A DNA stretch of 59,394 bases, the filler included. It is 3 parts of 3 records of this genome, joined end to end, with 100 filler letters (N's around TTAATTAATTAA, not from the genome) between each part and the next. Parts side by side here need not be neighbours in the genome. Positions count along the whole stretch, not along the records: positions 46,474 to 59,394 come from SRR20825019_90; 2 more parts are not named here. One strand, written 5' to 3'. How positions within the stretch are numbered: the stretch's first letter is position 1; every line of letters begins with the position of its first letter. Position numbers and translations under genes: made by a program. The notes under the pieces are model-generated. The model worked only from the letters and a program-made list of their open reading frames with translations. It did not search any database and was not told where the DNA came from. Shown here one piece after another: positions 49,946 through 59,394 of this stretch.

Positions 49946-51856
49946 TCAGCGATGGAACCGGTTCTTGCCAACGACGCTTTTCATGTCATTGCGCCGAAAC
50001 CAGATGGCGCGTCCGCATCTGAGCGGCGGATTACCCGACGTGAAAACGATCTGTTCGTCACCGCGCATGCGCAGCACTTCCTCCGGCAGGATCAGGGGCC
50101 GTGCCGCCAACTGCTTGGAGCGCGTTCGCGACGACCCCGACATCTGCGATGTGCGGCTCAACTGGTCGACCTCCACCGTGGTGTTGCCGCAGCGTCGCGA
50201 GATGTAGTCGGCGGTCTCCGGATCGTTGATCGCCGCGAAGGACACCCAGGACGCGCTCTCGAACCACTTCGATGTGGCATCGCGTCCGCCATAGGTTTCC
50301 CGCATCTGCCCGATGGACTGGAATAGCAGCAAGAGACTGATTCCGTATTTACGCCCGGCATCCCGTGCGGTTTCCAGAATGCGCAGATAGCCGAGCCGAG
50401 CCACCTCATCGAGCAGGAACAGGGTGCGGCCGCCGATCTCGCCATTTCGGTTGTAGATGGCGTTGAGAAGCGCGCCGATGATGGTGCGGGCCAACCCCGG
50501 ATGGGCCTCCAGTGTTTTAAGGTCTAGGTTGACGAAGATGTCGGTCTTGCCGCCGGCGATGTCATCGGTCGAGCAGCTCGAACCTGAAACGAGTGCAGCA
50601 TAGTTCGGGTAGCTCAGCCAGTGTGTTTCCTTGATCGCGTTGGCGTAAACACCGGAGAAGGTTTCCGGCGTCATGTTGACGAAGGCGGCGACGTTCTCTC
50701 GAACGAATGCGGATTCTGAATTGTCGTGGATCCTCTGCAATCGCTCGCGCAATTTGGGCTCAGGTTCGGACAGGTTCATGCGCATCTGGCGCAGCGTCTG
50801 GTTTTCCTTTTCCGTATGCCCTGACAGGCAGACGTCGGCGATCAGCGCGGTGATGAGTTGCAGGGCGGAGGCGCGGAAGAAGTCGTCGCGCATTGAAGTC
50901 TGACGTCCGGTATCGGTCACAACCCAGCTAGCGACGGCGACGACATCCTCCTCCTTGGTACCGCCGAACCTGCCGATCCAGTCGAGCACATTGAACCCGA
51001 CCGAAGCGTCCTTGGGGCTGAGCACGAAAACCTCATGTCCTGCACGCCGCCGCTGGTCGATCACCATGGGTGCGGCCTCGTTTGACGGATCGAGCGCAAC
51101 GAGGCCCCCACCCCATTTGAGCGCAGTAGGGATCGTTACCGAAGTGGTCTTGAACCCACCAGATCCGGCAAAGACCAGTCCGTGCGTCGATCCGAACGAG
51201 GCGTCGAAGCAGAGCAGCGATGACTTCCCGCCATTGCCCCATGTATCCTCGACGTCGGCCCGGAATGGTTGGTTCGCCACACTGTCCTGGTCGACGCGAT
51301 ATGCCTCGCCAAGCACGATACCGCCACCCTCACCGAACATATTCTTGGCGGCGGCGACGGACATCCAGTCGGCTGATCCGTGGATTGCGCGCTTTCCCGT
51401 CATCCGCCGCGGCTTCATTGTCGCGAACGCCGCATCACCACTGAGAGCGACGCGGAGCGCAAACATGCCAGCCACAAAACAGAGTATTGCGCCGATGCCG
51501 GTCGAAGGATCGGCATATTCGAGCAGGCTGTGTCCCGCCGGAACCTTATCTGCAAAGCCGCTGAGGCGTGTAAATTCCCGCGTCGCGGCAACGGCGATCA
51601 CGGCAATTGCACCGGTCAGAACACCGTAGCCGGCGAACCTGATCGCCATTGCTCCGCGCGCTGCAAACAGGAAAACGATGCCGAGACCCGCGGCTAGGCT
51701 ATAGGGTATGGCGATGCCGATCCGCCCAAACGTCTGTTGCGTCTCAACCGAATTTCCAAATTGCGCCAACCAGGCTTCGGAACCTTTTAACCCGATGCAG
51801 ACGGCGATCATCATGCCGACAGGCGCGAGCAGAAGAATGAGCTTACTCGGTGTCAT
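49946..51856 (-). CDS. traG: Ti-type conjugative coupling protein TraG (VirD4 family)
   Basis: N-terminal TM segments; [38 protein letters not shown]. Confidence 0.95.
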   Translation of the reverse strand: MTPSKLILLLAPVGMMIAVCIGLKGSEAWLAQFGNSVETQQTFGRIGIAIPYSLAAGLGIVFLFAARGAMAIRFAGYGVLTGAIAVIAVAATREFTRLSGFADKVPAGHSLLEYADPSTGIGAILCFVAGMFALRVALSGDAAFATMKPRRMTGKRAIHGSADWMSVAAAKNMFGEGGGIVLGEAYRVDQDSVANQPFRADVEDTWGNGGKSSLLCFDASFGSTHGLVFAGSGGFKTTSVTIPTALKWGGGLVALDPSNEAAPMVIDQRRRAGHEVFVLSPKDASVGFNVLDWIGRFGGTKEEDVVAVASWVVTDTGRQTSMRDDFFRASALQLITALIADVCLSGHTEKENQTLRQMRMNLSEPEPKLRERLQRIHDNSESAFVRENVAAFVNMTPETFSGVYANAIKETHWLSYPNYAALVSGSSCSTDDIAGGKTDIFVNLDLKTLEAHPGLARTIIGALLNAIYNRNGEIGGRTLFLLDEVARLGYLRILETARDAGRKYGISLLLLFQSIGQMRETYGGRDATSKWFESASWVSFAAINDPETADYISRRCGNTTVEVDQLSRTSQMSGSSRTRSKQLAARPLILPEEVLRMRGDEQIVFTSGNPPLRCGRAIWFRRNDMKSVVGKNRFHR

Positions 51857-52058
51857 CTGAAAACGCCTCCGCTCCGATCGCCATCAACCGTTCTCGCTCA
51901 TTCTCGTCGCCTTCGATCCGCCGCGTGCCGTCGATCAGAAGGCCAAGCAGGAGCGCGCGCTTCTCGTAGCGCAAGCCTGCCTTGGCAATCAGGCCGCCGA
52001 GCTGAATTTTCTCGCGCGTGTCTTTCCTGCGCTTTTCCGATTGGCTTGCTTGTCGCAT
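51843..52058 (-). CDS. traD: Conjugal transfer protein TraD
   Basis: [20 protein letters not shown]...LLGLL; 71 aa from ATG 52058. Confidence 0.9.
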   Translation of the reverse strand: MRQASQSEKRRKDTREKIQLGGLIAKAGLRYEKRALLLGLLIDGTRRIEGDENERERLMAIGAEAFSDDTE

Positions 52059-52062
52059 GCGC

Positions 52063-52326
52063 TCAAGCCTCGCTATTTGTGCGCGAAGCCGTGCCAGACG
52101 GGTTTTGCGCGGGAGGGAGTTTCCGGGTCTCGCTGCCGCGTTCACGAAACCGTTTGGCCAGGTCCTCAAACGCCGTCAGCAGCTTGCCGTCATCGGCTTC
52201 GACTTCGCCAATCCCTGCCTTGAGCGCGATCCGGCCGATCCGTTCGGCCTCACGCGTCTCTGCGGCCTTCAGCTGCTCCTGGAGTTTGGCGATTTCTTCT
52301 TTGATTCTGGATGATGGCTTCTTCAT
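52063..52326 (-). CDS. traC: Conjugal transfer protein TraC
   Basis: [37 protein letters not shown]. Confidence 0.92.
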   Translation of the reverse strand: MKKPSSRIKEEIAKLQEQLKAAETREAERIGRIALKAGIGEVEADDGKLLTAFEDLAKRFRERGSETRKLPPAQNPSGTASRTNSEA

Positions 52327-52468
52327 TCCGTTTGCTCCCGATTGTCACGAATGCCCCGAAGGCATGAGGAGAATCGCCCGGGAGCGCGTGAAGCGCATCC
52401 CGGCAGAAATGCCGGGTCGGCAGATCCGACGCTTTGAGAGATCATCCCTGCGTTCCGAAGGAATGCGT

Positions 52469-52502
52469 CCAAGGGCGCAGTAATACGTCGCTGGAGCGAC
52501 GT
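52469..52502 (-). other. Origin of transfer (oriT), MOBQ/Ti type; predicted nick between 52476 and 52475 on the minus strand
   Basis: Minus strand ACGTCGCT-CC-AGCGACGT-ATTACTGCG^CCCTTGG: an inverted repeat followed by a TGCG^CCCT core as in RSF1010/pTi oriT, between divergent traC and traA. Confidence 0.88.
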
Positions 52503-52582
52503 GGCTCGCTGCGGCCCCAGTCGGGCCGGGGCGGCGGCCTGCGGAACAAGGATGAACTTGTGTCGCAGGAGCCTGATGAACC

Positions 52583-55500
52583 GTGGCGATCACGCATTTT
52601 ACACCTCAGCTTATTTCCCGTGGCAACGGCCGCAGCGCCGTTCTGTCCGCAGCCTATCGCCATTGCGCGAAAATGAGCCACGAGGCGGAAGCGCGCACCG
52701 TCGACTATTCAAACAAGAAGAACCTGGCCCACGAAGAATTCCTGCTACCCGCCGATGCTCCGAAATGGGCGCTGGACATGATCGCCGATCGTTCGGTTGC
52801 CGGGGCAGCGGAAGCCTTCTGGAACAAGGTAGAGGCATTCGAAAAACGCAACGACGCCCAGCTCGCCAAGGAATTTATTGTCGCTTTGCCCGTCGAGCTT
52901 ACTCGCGACCAGAACATCGCGCTCGTCCAGCAGTTCGTCTCAGAGCAGGTGCTCGCTCGCGGGCAAGTGGCCGATTGGGTCTTCCATAACGATCCCGGCA
53001 ATCCGCATATCCATCTGATGACGACATTGCGTCCGCTCACCCAGGACGGGTTCGGTTCCAAGAAGGTCGCGGTGATTGGCCCGGATGGAAATCCGGTTCG
53101 AACCAAAACCGGGAAAATCCAATACAAACTTTGGTCCGGCGAGAAGGCGGAATTCCTCGAACAGCGGCAGAGATGGCTCGATCTCCAAAACCATCACCTG
53201 GCAATGGCCGGTCTCGAAATCCGTGTCGATGGCCGGTCCTACGCCGAACGCAGCATCGACATCGAGCCGACAACCCATATCGGCGTTGCGGCAAAGGCGC
53301 TGCAGCGCAAGGCGGGCGATGCGGGAACCAGGATCGATCTCGAACGGCTGGCATTGCATGAGGCCCAACGGAAAAAGAACGCCGCCCGGATCGAGCACAG
53401 GCCTGAACTCGTTTTCGATATACTGACGTCCGAACGAAGCGTCTTCGATCAGCGCGATATAGCCAAGGTCTTGCATCGCTATGTCGACGATCCGGAGCGC
53501 TTCCAGCGGCTTCTCACTCGGATTACGGAAAGCCCGGAATGCCTGAAACTCACTGACGAGACAATCGACTTTGCGACCGGGGCGCGGGTCGCGGCACGGC
53601 TGACGACCCGGGGGATGATCAGGCTCGAGGCCGAAATGATTTCCCGCGCAAACTGGCTTTCGGGAAGGGACGGGTTCGCGGTTGCGGCGAAAGTCCTGGA
53701 AACCGTCTTTGCCCGGCATGATAGGCTGTCGGAAGAACAGCGCACTGCCATTGCACATGTGGCAGGATCGGAGCGGATCGAAGCGATAGTGGGACGGGCA
53801 GGAGCCGGCAAGACCACGATGATGAAGGCTGCCCGTGAAGCCTGGGAGTTGGCCGGCTTTAACGTCGTTGGTGGTGCGCTTGCAGGTAAGGCGGCGGAGG
53901 GTTTGGAGAAAGAGGCCGGCATTCCCTCCCGTACGCTGGCGTCGTGGGAGCTCAATTGGAAACAGGGACACCGGCGTCTCGATGGCAAGACGATATTCGT
54001 GCTCGATGAAGCGGGCATGGTGTCGTCCCGACAGATGGCGACCTTCGTCGAAGCGATCACGAAAGCCGGCGCCAAACTCGTCCTGGTCGGTGATGCCGAG
54101 CAGCTCCAGCCCATCGAGGCGGGTGCTGCCTTTCGTGCCATCGTCGAACGCACCGGCTATGCCGAGCTCGAAACCATCTATCGCCAGAAAGAAGACTGGA
54201 TGCGCGCCGCCTCGCTCGATCTGGCGCGCGGGCGCGTTGCCGAAGCGCTGTCATCTTATGGCGCGAAAGGCCGGGTAATTGGGCGGCCGCTCAAGCTTGA
54301 CGCCATCGAAACGCTGATTGCCGACTGGAACCGCGACTACGATCCGGACAAATCAACCTTGATACTCGCGCATCTGCGCCGCGATGTACGCCAGCTCAAC
54401 ATCATGGCGCGTGAAAAGCTCGCTGAACGCGGTCTGATCGAAGAAGGCCACGCCTTCAAGACCGAGGATGGACCCCGGCAGTTTGCCGTTGGCGACCAGA
54501 TCGTGTTCCTTAAGAACGAAGGTTCGCTTGGCGTCAAGAACGGCATGATAGGCAAGATTGTCGAGGCAGCGCCTGGGCGTATCGTTGCGAGCATTGGCGA
54601 GGGTGATGGCGTACACCGCGTTACCGTCGATCAGCGTTTCTATCGCAATCTTGATCATGGCTATGCGACGACGATCCACAAATCGCAAGGTGCAACCGTC
54701 GACTGCGTCAAGGTGCTCGCCTCGCTCTCGCTCGACCGGCATCTAACCTATGTCGCGATGACGCGGCACCGGGAGGACATGGCGCTCTATTACGGCAGCC
54801 GATCCTTCAAGATGGCTGGCGGGCTTGAGAAACTTCTCTCCCGACAGAACGGCAAGGAAGTCACGCTCGACTATGCGAACGGCCGCTTCTATGCCCAGGC
54901 GCTTCGCTTCGCCAACAATCGCGGCCTGCATCTCGTTCGCGTTGCCCGAACGCTGATGCGCGATCGGGTCCAATGGACTATCCGGCAGAAACGGAGACTC
55001 GTCGATCTCGGTGTCCGGCTTCGCACCGCCGGCGCGCGGCTCGGTCTTGTCGACCATCCGCTTCACCAATCCAGTCAAACAGCCAGAAAAGCCGAGCCAA
55101 TGGTCAAAGGCGTCTCCAGTTTTACAATGTCGATCACCGACGCGGTCGCCGAAAAGCTGCAGTCCGATCCGGCCCTGCAAAAGCAGTGGGACAATCTCTC
55201 TGACCGTATTCGTCTTGTCTATGCGGATCCAGAAACCGCCTTCAAGGCGATGCGTATGGAGACCGTTCTGGAAGACGCGAGCGTTGCCCGCCAGCGTCTT
55301 GGCGAAATCGAACTGAATGCGGCAAGCTTCGGTGCGTTGCGCGGCCGCGATGGTCTGTTGGCAAGCCGCTCGGACTTGGAAAACCGCCGAGTGGCCGAGA
55401 TCAATGTTCCTGCGCTCCGTCGCGATCTCGAGCGCTATTTGGACATGCGACAGAACGCGATGAACAAGTACGCTGCCGAGGAGGAAGGACACCGCAAGCG

Positions 55501-55894
55501 CACCTCGATCGATATTCCGTCGCTGTCGCCAGCGGCTGCGCGGGCCATGGAGAAGGTGCGGGACGCCATCGACCGCAACGACCTGCCGGCAGCACTTGGA
55601 TTTGCCCTGGCCGACCGCATGGTGAAGGCCGAACTTGATACCCTCAACAAGGCGGTATCCGAACGGTTCGGAGAACGGACCTTGCTCGGCAACGGTGCTA
55701 GGGACCCCTCGGGTTCGACCTTCGACAAAGCGGCCAAGGGTATGTCGCCGGCCGAGAAGCAGAAGCTTGCTGCCGCCTGGCCGTTCATGCGCGCTGGCCA
55801 GCAGCTCATCGCCCAGCAACGGACCCAGCAGGCACTGAAGGAATCGGAAGCGTTGCGGCAAACGCAGAGTAAGAGCCAAGGGCTCAAGCAATGA
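52583..55894 (+). CDS. traA: Ti-type conjugative relaxase-helicase TraA (MOBQ)
   Basis: SAAYR catalytic Tyr, H....NPHIH metal motif, GRAGAGKT Walker A, DEAGM, HKSQG. Confidence 0.96.
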   Translation: MAITHFTPQLISRGNGRSAVLSAAYRHCAKMSHEAEARTVDYSNKKNLAHEEFLLPADAPKWALDMIADRSVAGAAEAFWNKVEAFEKRNDAQLAKEFIVALPVELTRDQNIALVQQFVSEQVLARGQVADWVFHNDPGNPHIHLMTTLRPLTQDGFGSKKVAVIGPDGNPVRTKTGKIQYKLWSGEKAEFLEQRQRWLDLQNHHLAMAGLEIRVDGRSYAERSIDIEPTTHIGVAAKALQRKAGDAGTRIDLERLALHEAQRKKNAARIEHRPELVFDILTSERSVFDQRDIAKVLHRYVDDPERFQRLLTRITESPECLKLTDETIDFATGARVAARLTTRGMIRLEAEMISRANWLSGRDGFAVAAKVLETVFARHDRLSEEQRTAIAHVAGSERIEAIVGRAGAGKTTMMKAAREAWELAGFNVVGGALAGKAAEGLEKEAGIPSRTLASWELNWKQGHRRLDGKTIFVLDEAGMVSSRQMATFVEAITKAGAKLVLVGDAEQLQPIEAGAAFRAIVERTGYAELETIYRQKEDWMRAASLDLARGRVAEALSSYGAKGRVIGRPLKLDAIETLIADWNRDYDPDKSTLILAHLRRDVRQLNIMAREKLAERGLIEEGHAFKTEDGPRQFAVGDQIVFLKNEGSLGVKNGMIGKIVEAAPGRIVASIGEGDGVHRVTVDQRFYRNLDHGYATTIHKSQGATVDCVKVLASLSLDRHLTYVAMTRHREDMALYYGSRSFKMAGGLEKLLSRQNGKEVTLDYANGRFYAQALRFANNRGLHLVRVARTLMRDRVQWTIRQKRRLVDLGVRLRTAGARLGLVDHPLHQSSQTARKAEPMVKGVSSFTMSITDAVAEKLQSDPALQKQWDNLSDRIRLVYADPETAFKAMRMETVLEDASVARQRLGEIELNAASFGALRGRDGLLASRSDLENRRVAEINVPALRRDLERYLDMRQNAMNKYAAEEEGHRKRTSIDIPSLSPAAARAMEKVRDAIDRNDLPAALGFALADRMVKAELDTLNKAVSERFGERTLLGNGARDPSGSTFDKAAKGMSPAEKQKLAAAWPFMRAGQQLIAQQRTQQALKESEALRQTQSKSQGLKQ

Positions 55895-56421
55895 CACGGA
55901 GGCGACGCATTGCCGTAGTGACAGCGCTTCTTTTCCTTCCTGTCGCCTTGTTTGTCGCAGCCTATGGGATGGGGCTGAGGATCAATCTGACGCCGAGCTA
56001 TCCGCTCGGGATCTGGCGCATAGAGATGCTGAGTCGCGCCAATAGCATTGGGGATCGAATCTTCATCTGTCCGCCGTTAACGCACGAGTTTCGACGGGCC
56101 CGTGAGCGCGGATATCTGCGCCGCGGCATTTGCCCAGGCTGGCTTAGTCCGTTGATCAAGACCGTTGTTGCACTCCCCGGACAGTCGATTGAAATCGGCG
56201 CGTCTGTCGTGATCGACGGAGTGGATTTGCCGCGATCCGCGGTCCAGCCAAACGATGGTTGGGGCAGGCCGATAACGCCCTACGCCGGTGGTGCAGTCCC
56301 GCCGGGTTTTCTGTTTCTCCACTCACCATTCAAGGGTTCTTATGACTCACGATATTTCGGGCCGATCCCGGCCGATGGAGTTCTCGGGCTGGCGACGCCC
56401 ATCCTTACCTTCGTTCCGTGA
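55891..56421 (+). CDS. traF: Conjugative transfer signal peptidase TraF (S26)
   Basis: [32 protein letters not shown]. Confidence 0.93.
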   Translation: MTRRRRIAVVTALLFLPVALFVAAYGMGLRINLTPSYPLGIWRIEMLSRANSIGDRIFICPPLTHEFRRARERGYLRRGICPGWLSPLIKTVVALPGQSIEIGASVVIDGVDLPRSAVQPNDGWGRPITPYAGGAVPPGFLFLHSPFKGSYDSRYFGPIPADGVLGLATPILTFVP

Positions 56422-57565
56422 CGGCCTGGTTTGCCTGAGCTTTATCGCAGGCAGTGCCGTTGTCGGCGCGATTGCCTGGAGTGGCGAAGTGCTGGCCTTG
56501 CCCGCTGCTGTCTTGTTTCCGACGCTCTGGGCGTTTGCACCCAACCGGTTCGTTGCGGGTTTGGTGGCGCTGGCCTATTTCCTTGCAGCGTCGCGCGGGC
56601 TGCCTGTTGGCGTCTCAATCTTCTATGCGAGTGATATGTGGGTCGGGCTCAGTCTATGGCTCACGGCCTCGGTTCTTTTCGTCCTCGTGCACAGCTTGAT
56701 TTGGACATCGAAGTCCGGGTGGCACAAACCGTTGCGTTACGCGCTTGCATGGATCCTGATGAGCGTTCCGCCTTTTGGCATCACCGGTTGGGCGAACCCG
56801 ATCACGGCCGCTGGTGTCTTGTTCCCGGGCCTCGGCTGGTTTGGATTGATAGCCATGGCTCACACCTTATCTGCGATGACGACGCGGGTTTGGCCGATCG
56901 TTGCTCTTATCGTTGGTGCCTTTGTCGCACTGTCAGCTAAGGGCTGGAGCGAACCGCATCCACCGGAAGGCTGGATTGGCATTGACACGCACTTCAACTA
57001 TGCCTCTCCCGGTCAACACGCGGATTATGCGCAGCATCTCGCCACGCTGGCATTGGTTCAGGACGCGGCGAAAGCCGGCGTGAAAAATATCGCTCTTCCC
57101 GAAAGCGCCTTCGGGATCTGGACACCGACCACCGAACACCTCTGGGTCCGCGCACTTCAGGACCTTGATGTGACGGTGAATGGGGGTGCAATCCTTGTCA
57201 GTGCCGAGGGCTACGACAACGTCATGATCGAAGTGTCAGGGAAGGTCGCACAAATCCTCTACCGGGAGCGCATGCCGGTGCCGGTTTCGATGTGGCAACC
57301 CTGGGCATCGGGTGGCGCGACGGCCCATGTCTTTGGAAAGCCTGCCGGCAGTTTTGCCGGGACGCTTATAGCTCCTCTGATCTGCTACGAGCAGCTCCTG
57401 GTTTGGCCGATCCTGCAGTCGATGATCTACAAACCGAGCGTCATTGTGGCAACCGGCAATGGCTGGTGGACCGGCGACACCAACATCGTTGCAATCCAGA
57501 AGGCGGCCGCCCGGGCCTGGGCATCGCTGTTCGGCGTGCCGCTCGTGATCGCCTTTAATACCTGA
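56375..57565 (+). CDS. traB: Conjugal transfer protein TraB (start uncertain)
   Basis: [53 protein letters not shown]. Confidence 0.88.
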   Translation: MEFSGWRRPSLPSFRDGLVCLSFIAGSAVVGAIAWSGEVLALPAAVLFPTLWAFAPNRFVAGLVALAYFLAASRGLPVGVSIFYASDMWVGLSLWLTASVLFVLVHSLIWTSKSGWHKPLRYALAWILMSVPPFGITGWANPITAAGVLFPGLGWFGLIAMAHTLSAMTTRVWPIVALIVGAFVALSAKGWSEPHPPEGWIGIDTHFNYASPGQHADYAQHLATLALVQDAAKAGVKNIALPESAFGIWTPTTEHLWVRALQDLDVTVNGGAILVSAEGYDNVMIEVSGKVAQILYRERMPVPVSMWQPWASGGATAHVFGKPAGSFAGTLIAPLICYEQLLVWPILQSMIYKPSVIVATGNGWWTGDTNIVAIQKAAARAWASLFGVPLVIAFNT

Positions 57566-57697
57566 CAGGATTCCCCATCAAACAACGCTTGGAAGCTGAC
57601 GATCTAGAACTTGTCTGGTTCGACAACTATGCATTGCATATGCGACTCATAATGGAAATATTGCGCCCGAATCGCAGGTTCCGGGAAAGGTAGGACG

Positions 57698-58435
57698 TTG
57701 GAGAATATCGCAGATTCCGATTTGATGGACGCACTCTCGAAAATTTCAGATGTTGCTGACCGAAACTCGACAATCGAGTTCCTGAAAGACGTGGCCTCCC
57801 GATACGCATTGAATACCATTGCGTATTTTGGTGTCGGCGTTTCTGGTCAAAATGAGATCGATCCCTATCTCGCCGTAACCTATTCTCCCGAGTGGGTCGC
57901 GCACTACAAGAACCGGCAGTATGTCGATGTCGATCCAGTTGTTCGTCTTGGCTTTCGCCGTATGCTTCCCCTTGATTGGGACGAGTTTGGAAATCCGACG
58001 GGGCGGCTGAAGACCTTTTTTGGTGAAGCCGGCGAATTCGGTATCGGGCTCCGCGGACTGACAGTTCCAGTGCACGGTCGCTGCGGCGACCGTGCCTTGT
58101 TCTCCGTGACGTCAGATCTTTCCGCCCGCGACTGGGCGAGCGCGAAACTTCTCTATATGCGTGACTTCCAGGTTCTTGCGACGCACATCCACGATCGTGT
58201 GCTTGGCATCGAGGGACATGCGAGCGAGCCTGCAGTTCTTTCTCCGCGTGAACTGGAATGCCTGCAATGGATCGCCGAGGGCAAGACGGCCTGGGAATGC
58301 GCTGTCATTCTCGGCCTGTCGCAGCACACCGTGCGCTGCTATCTGGAGAGCGCCCGCCACAAGCTCCATGCCACCAGCAATACCCATGCCGTTTCAATCG
58401 CTCATAGAGCGGGGCTGCTCTTTGATCCCTTGTAA
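57698..58435 (+). CDS. LuxR-family AHL-responsive transcriptional regulator
   Basis: Autoinducer-domain residues Y..EW...Y......DPVV...W...A..FG..G; HTH LSPRELECLQW.AEGKT..E.A.ILG.S..TV. Start is TTG 57698 or ATG 57725. Confidence 0.92.
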   Translation: MENIADSDLMDALSKISDVADRNSTIEFLKDVASRYALNTIAYFGVGVSGQNEIDPYLAVTYSPEWVAHYKNRQYVDVDPVVRLGFRRMLPLDWDEFGNPTGRLKTFFGEAGEFGIGLRGLTVPVHGRCGDRALFSVTSDLSARDWASAKLLYMRDFQVLATHIHDRVLGIEGHASEPAVLSPRELECLQWIAEGKTAWECAVILGLSQHTVRCYLESARHKLHATSNTHAVSIAHRAGLLFDPL

Positions 58436-58521
58436 ACCCAGCTGTTGGACCGGATGTTCTTCTCGAAACCCAGCCGATAACTGGTGTCTCCGTCATCAAT
58501 GAATGAACGGAGACCACCATC

Positions 58522-59193
58522 ATGATATTTGCAGTCGAAAGTGCCGATCAGGACAAGTATCCCGAGCTGTTCGACGAAATGTTCCGCATGCGGGCCGAAG
58601 TCTTTTCTGGTCGCCTTGGCTGGGACGTCAAAGTCGAAAACGGACGGGAGATCGACCGGTTCGATGCCGAAGACCCTCTCTACCTTCTGTCGCTCGATGA
58701 AAGGTCAGGACAGCTTCGTGGCGCTGTGCGTCTGCTCCCCACGACCGGTCCCAACATGCTCAGAGACGTGTTTTCCGTGCTGATGCCTGGTGGCACGGTC
58801 GAAAGTCCATTGATCTGGGAGAGCTCACGTTTTGCGGTCAATCCGCAAATCTTCGAGGCGAGGGATCGGGCAGAAGCAAACCACATGGTCAACCGAACCA
58901 CTGTCGAGCTTTTGTGCGGGATGGTTGAAGTCGCCCAGCGGGCCGGCATCGAACACATCGTATCGGTCTTCGACGCCCGAATGGCGCGGATTTTCAGGTC
59001 GATCGATTGCCGCTTCGAACAAGTGGGCACGCCAGTGCGGATCGGGAAGGTCATGATCTATGCCGGTCTGTTCGACACAGGCGCCGACATGCGGTCGCGG
59101 CTTGGAGCAGCGGGGGATTTTCGTTCATCTGTTCTCGCTGATGGTGCAATCGCTCCAGCGTCGGCAACCGCACTTGTTGCGAATGTCGAATAA
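58522..59193 (+). CDS. LuxI-family acyl-homoserine-lactone synthase
   Basis: R..VF..RLGW, E.D.FD, RLLPTTGP.ML...F, WESSRF. Confidence 0.94.
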   Translation: MIFAVESADQDKYPELFDEMFRMRAEVFSGRLGWDVKVENGREIDRFDAEDPLYLLSLDERSGQLRGAVRLLPTTGPNMLRDVFSVLMPGGTVESPLIWESSRFAVNPQIFEARDRAEANHMVNRTTVELLCGMVEVAQRAGIEHIVSVFDARMARIFRSIDCRFEQVGTPVRIGKVMIYAGLFDTGADMRSRLGAAGDFRSSVLADGAIAPASATALVANVE

Positions 59194-59394
59194 TTTCAAT
59201 GTAAACATCCGGGCTGGCGTCTGGCGTTCATCATCCTGATGAAATATGCTTTTCCCCGAGGCGGTACGCGCCGCCTCGGGGCGTAGAAACCCCACCACAG
59301 CGGTTTGGTGTCGGCCGACCCGACACCCAGGATCCTCTGGCCATTGGCCGGGGGCTTGTGACGTATGTCCAGGTGCCTCGGTGCTAAAGGTCGC

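Larger units (their letters stand above)
46474..59394. mobile_element. Fragment of a rhizobial (Alphaproteobacteria) conjugative plasmid: leading region, Dtr module and QS pair
   Basis: traGDC-oriT-traAFB organisation plus ardC, DUF736 and TA genes; GC-rich. Confidence 0.9.

Noticed and set aside
52399-52430. tra box between traC and traA (GTCGGCAGATCCGAC)
   Set aside because: Only the central CAGATC resembles the 18-bp TraR box; the flanks do not match, and it is better explained as a small hairpin
52940-55897. Long antisense ORFs opposite traA (343, 224 and 384 aa)
   Set aside because: Shadow ORFs expected from GC-rich codon bias; no recognisable motifs
57658-57668. Second oriT-like core ATATTGCGCCC upstream of luxR
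   Set aside because: Short match without the CCCT continuation or the adjacent inverted repeat; likely chance
59236-59312. Hammerhead ribozyme (CTGATGA ... GAAAC)
   Set aside because: Stem II does not start directly after CUGAUGA and the stem I pairing is out of register; the core geometry is not satisfied
46374-59394. GC-rich conjugative island inserted into a Bacteroidota chromosome
   Set aside because: The junction is an artificial N spacer, so there is no evidence of physical linkage

Overview
The window is not one locus. It holds three unrelated contigs joined by artificial 100-nt spacers (N44-TTAATTAATTAA-N44 at 14413-14512 and 46374-46473). Segment 1 (1-14412) is AT-rich Flavobacteriaceae-like chromosome: hpf, xerC-like, rpsU, acyl-CoA dehydrogenase, ComEA-like, an unusual Na+/alanine symporter, a K+ channel, redox genes, marR-nitroreductase-yceI, and a trp attenuator followed by trpEGD. 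Segment 2 (14513-46373) is AT-rich Bacteroidota chromosome, probably another Flavobacteriales lineage: several T9SS cargo proteins, peptidases, tdk, a murF-alr fusion, hflX, a cytochrome pair, an amidohydrolase pair, sodA, nifU/mrp and partial lipB. Segment 3 (46474-59394) is a GC-rich rhizobial (Alphaproteobacteria) conjugative plasmid region: ardC, DUF736, vapBC, WGR, traGDC-oriT-traAFB and a luxR-luxI pair. The most interesting signals are: (i) a homologous, variably looped multi-hairpin element directly upstream of both ardC and DUF736 in the predicted plasmid leading region (candidate ssDNA promoter or cis-regulator); (ii) a lipoyl-like domain and a SprB-like repeat fused to an alanine symporter; (iii) a secreted protein with thioester-domain-like motifs in permuted order; (iv) a luxR-luxI pair in place of traH/traR, with a hairpin occluding the luxI RBS. 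All family calls come from motif recognition by eye. No database searches were run.
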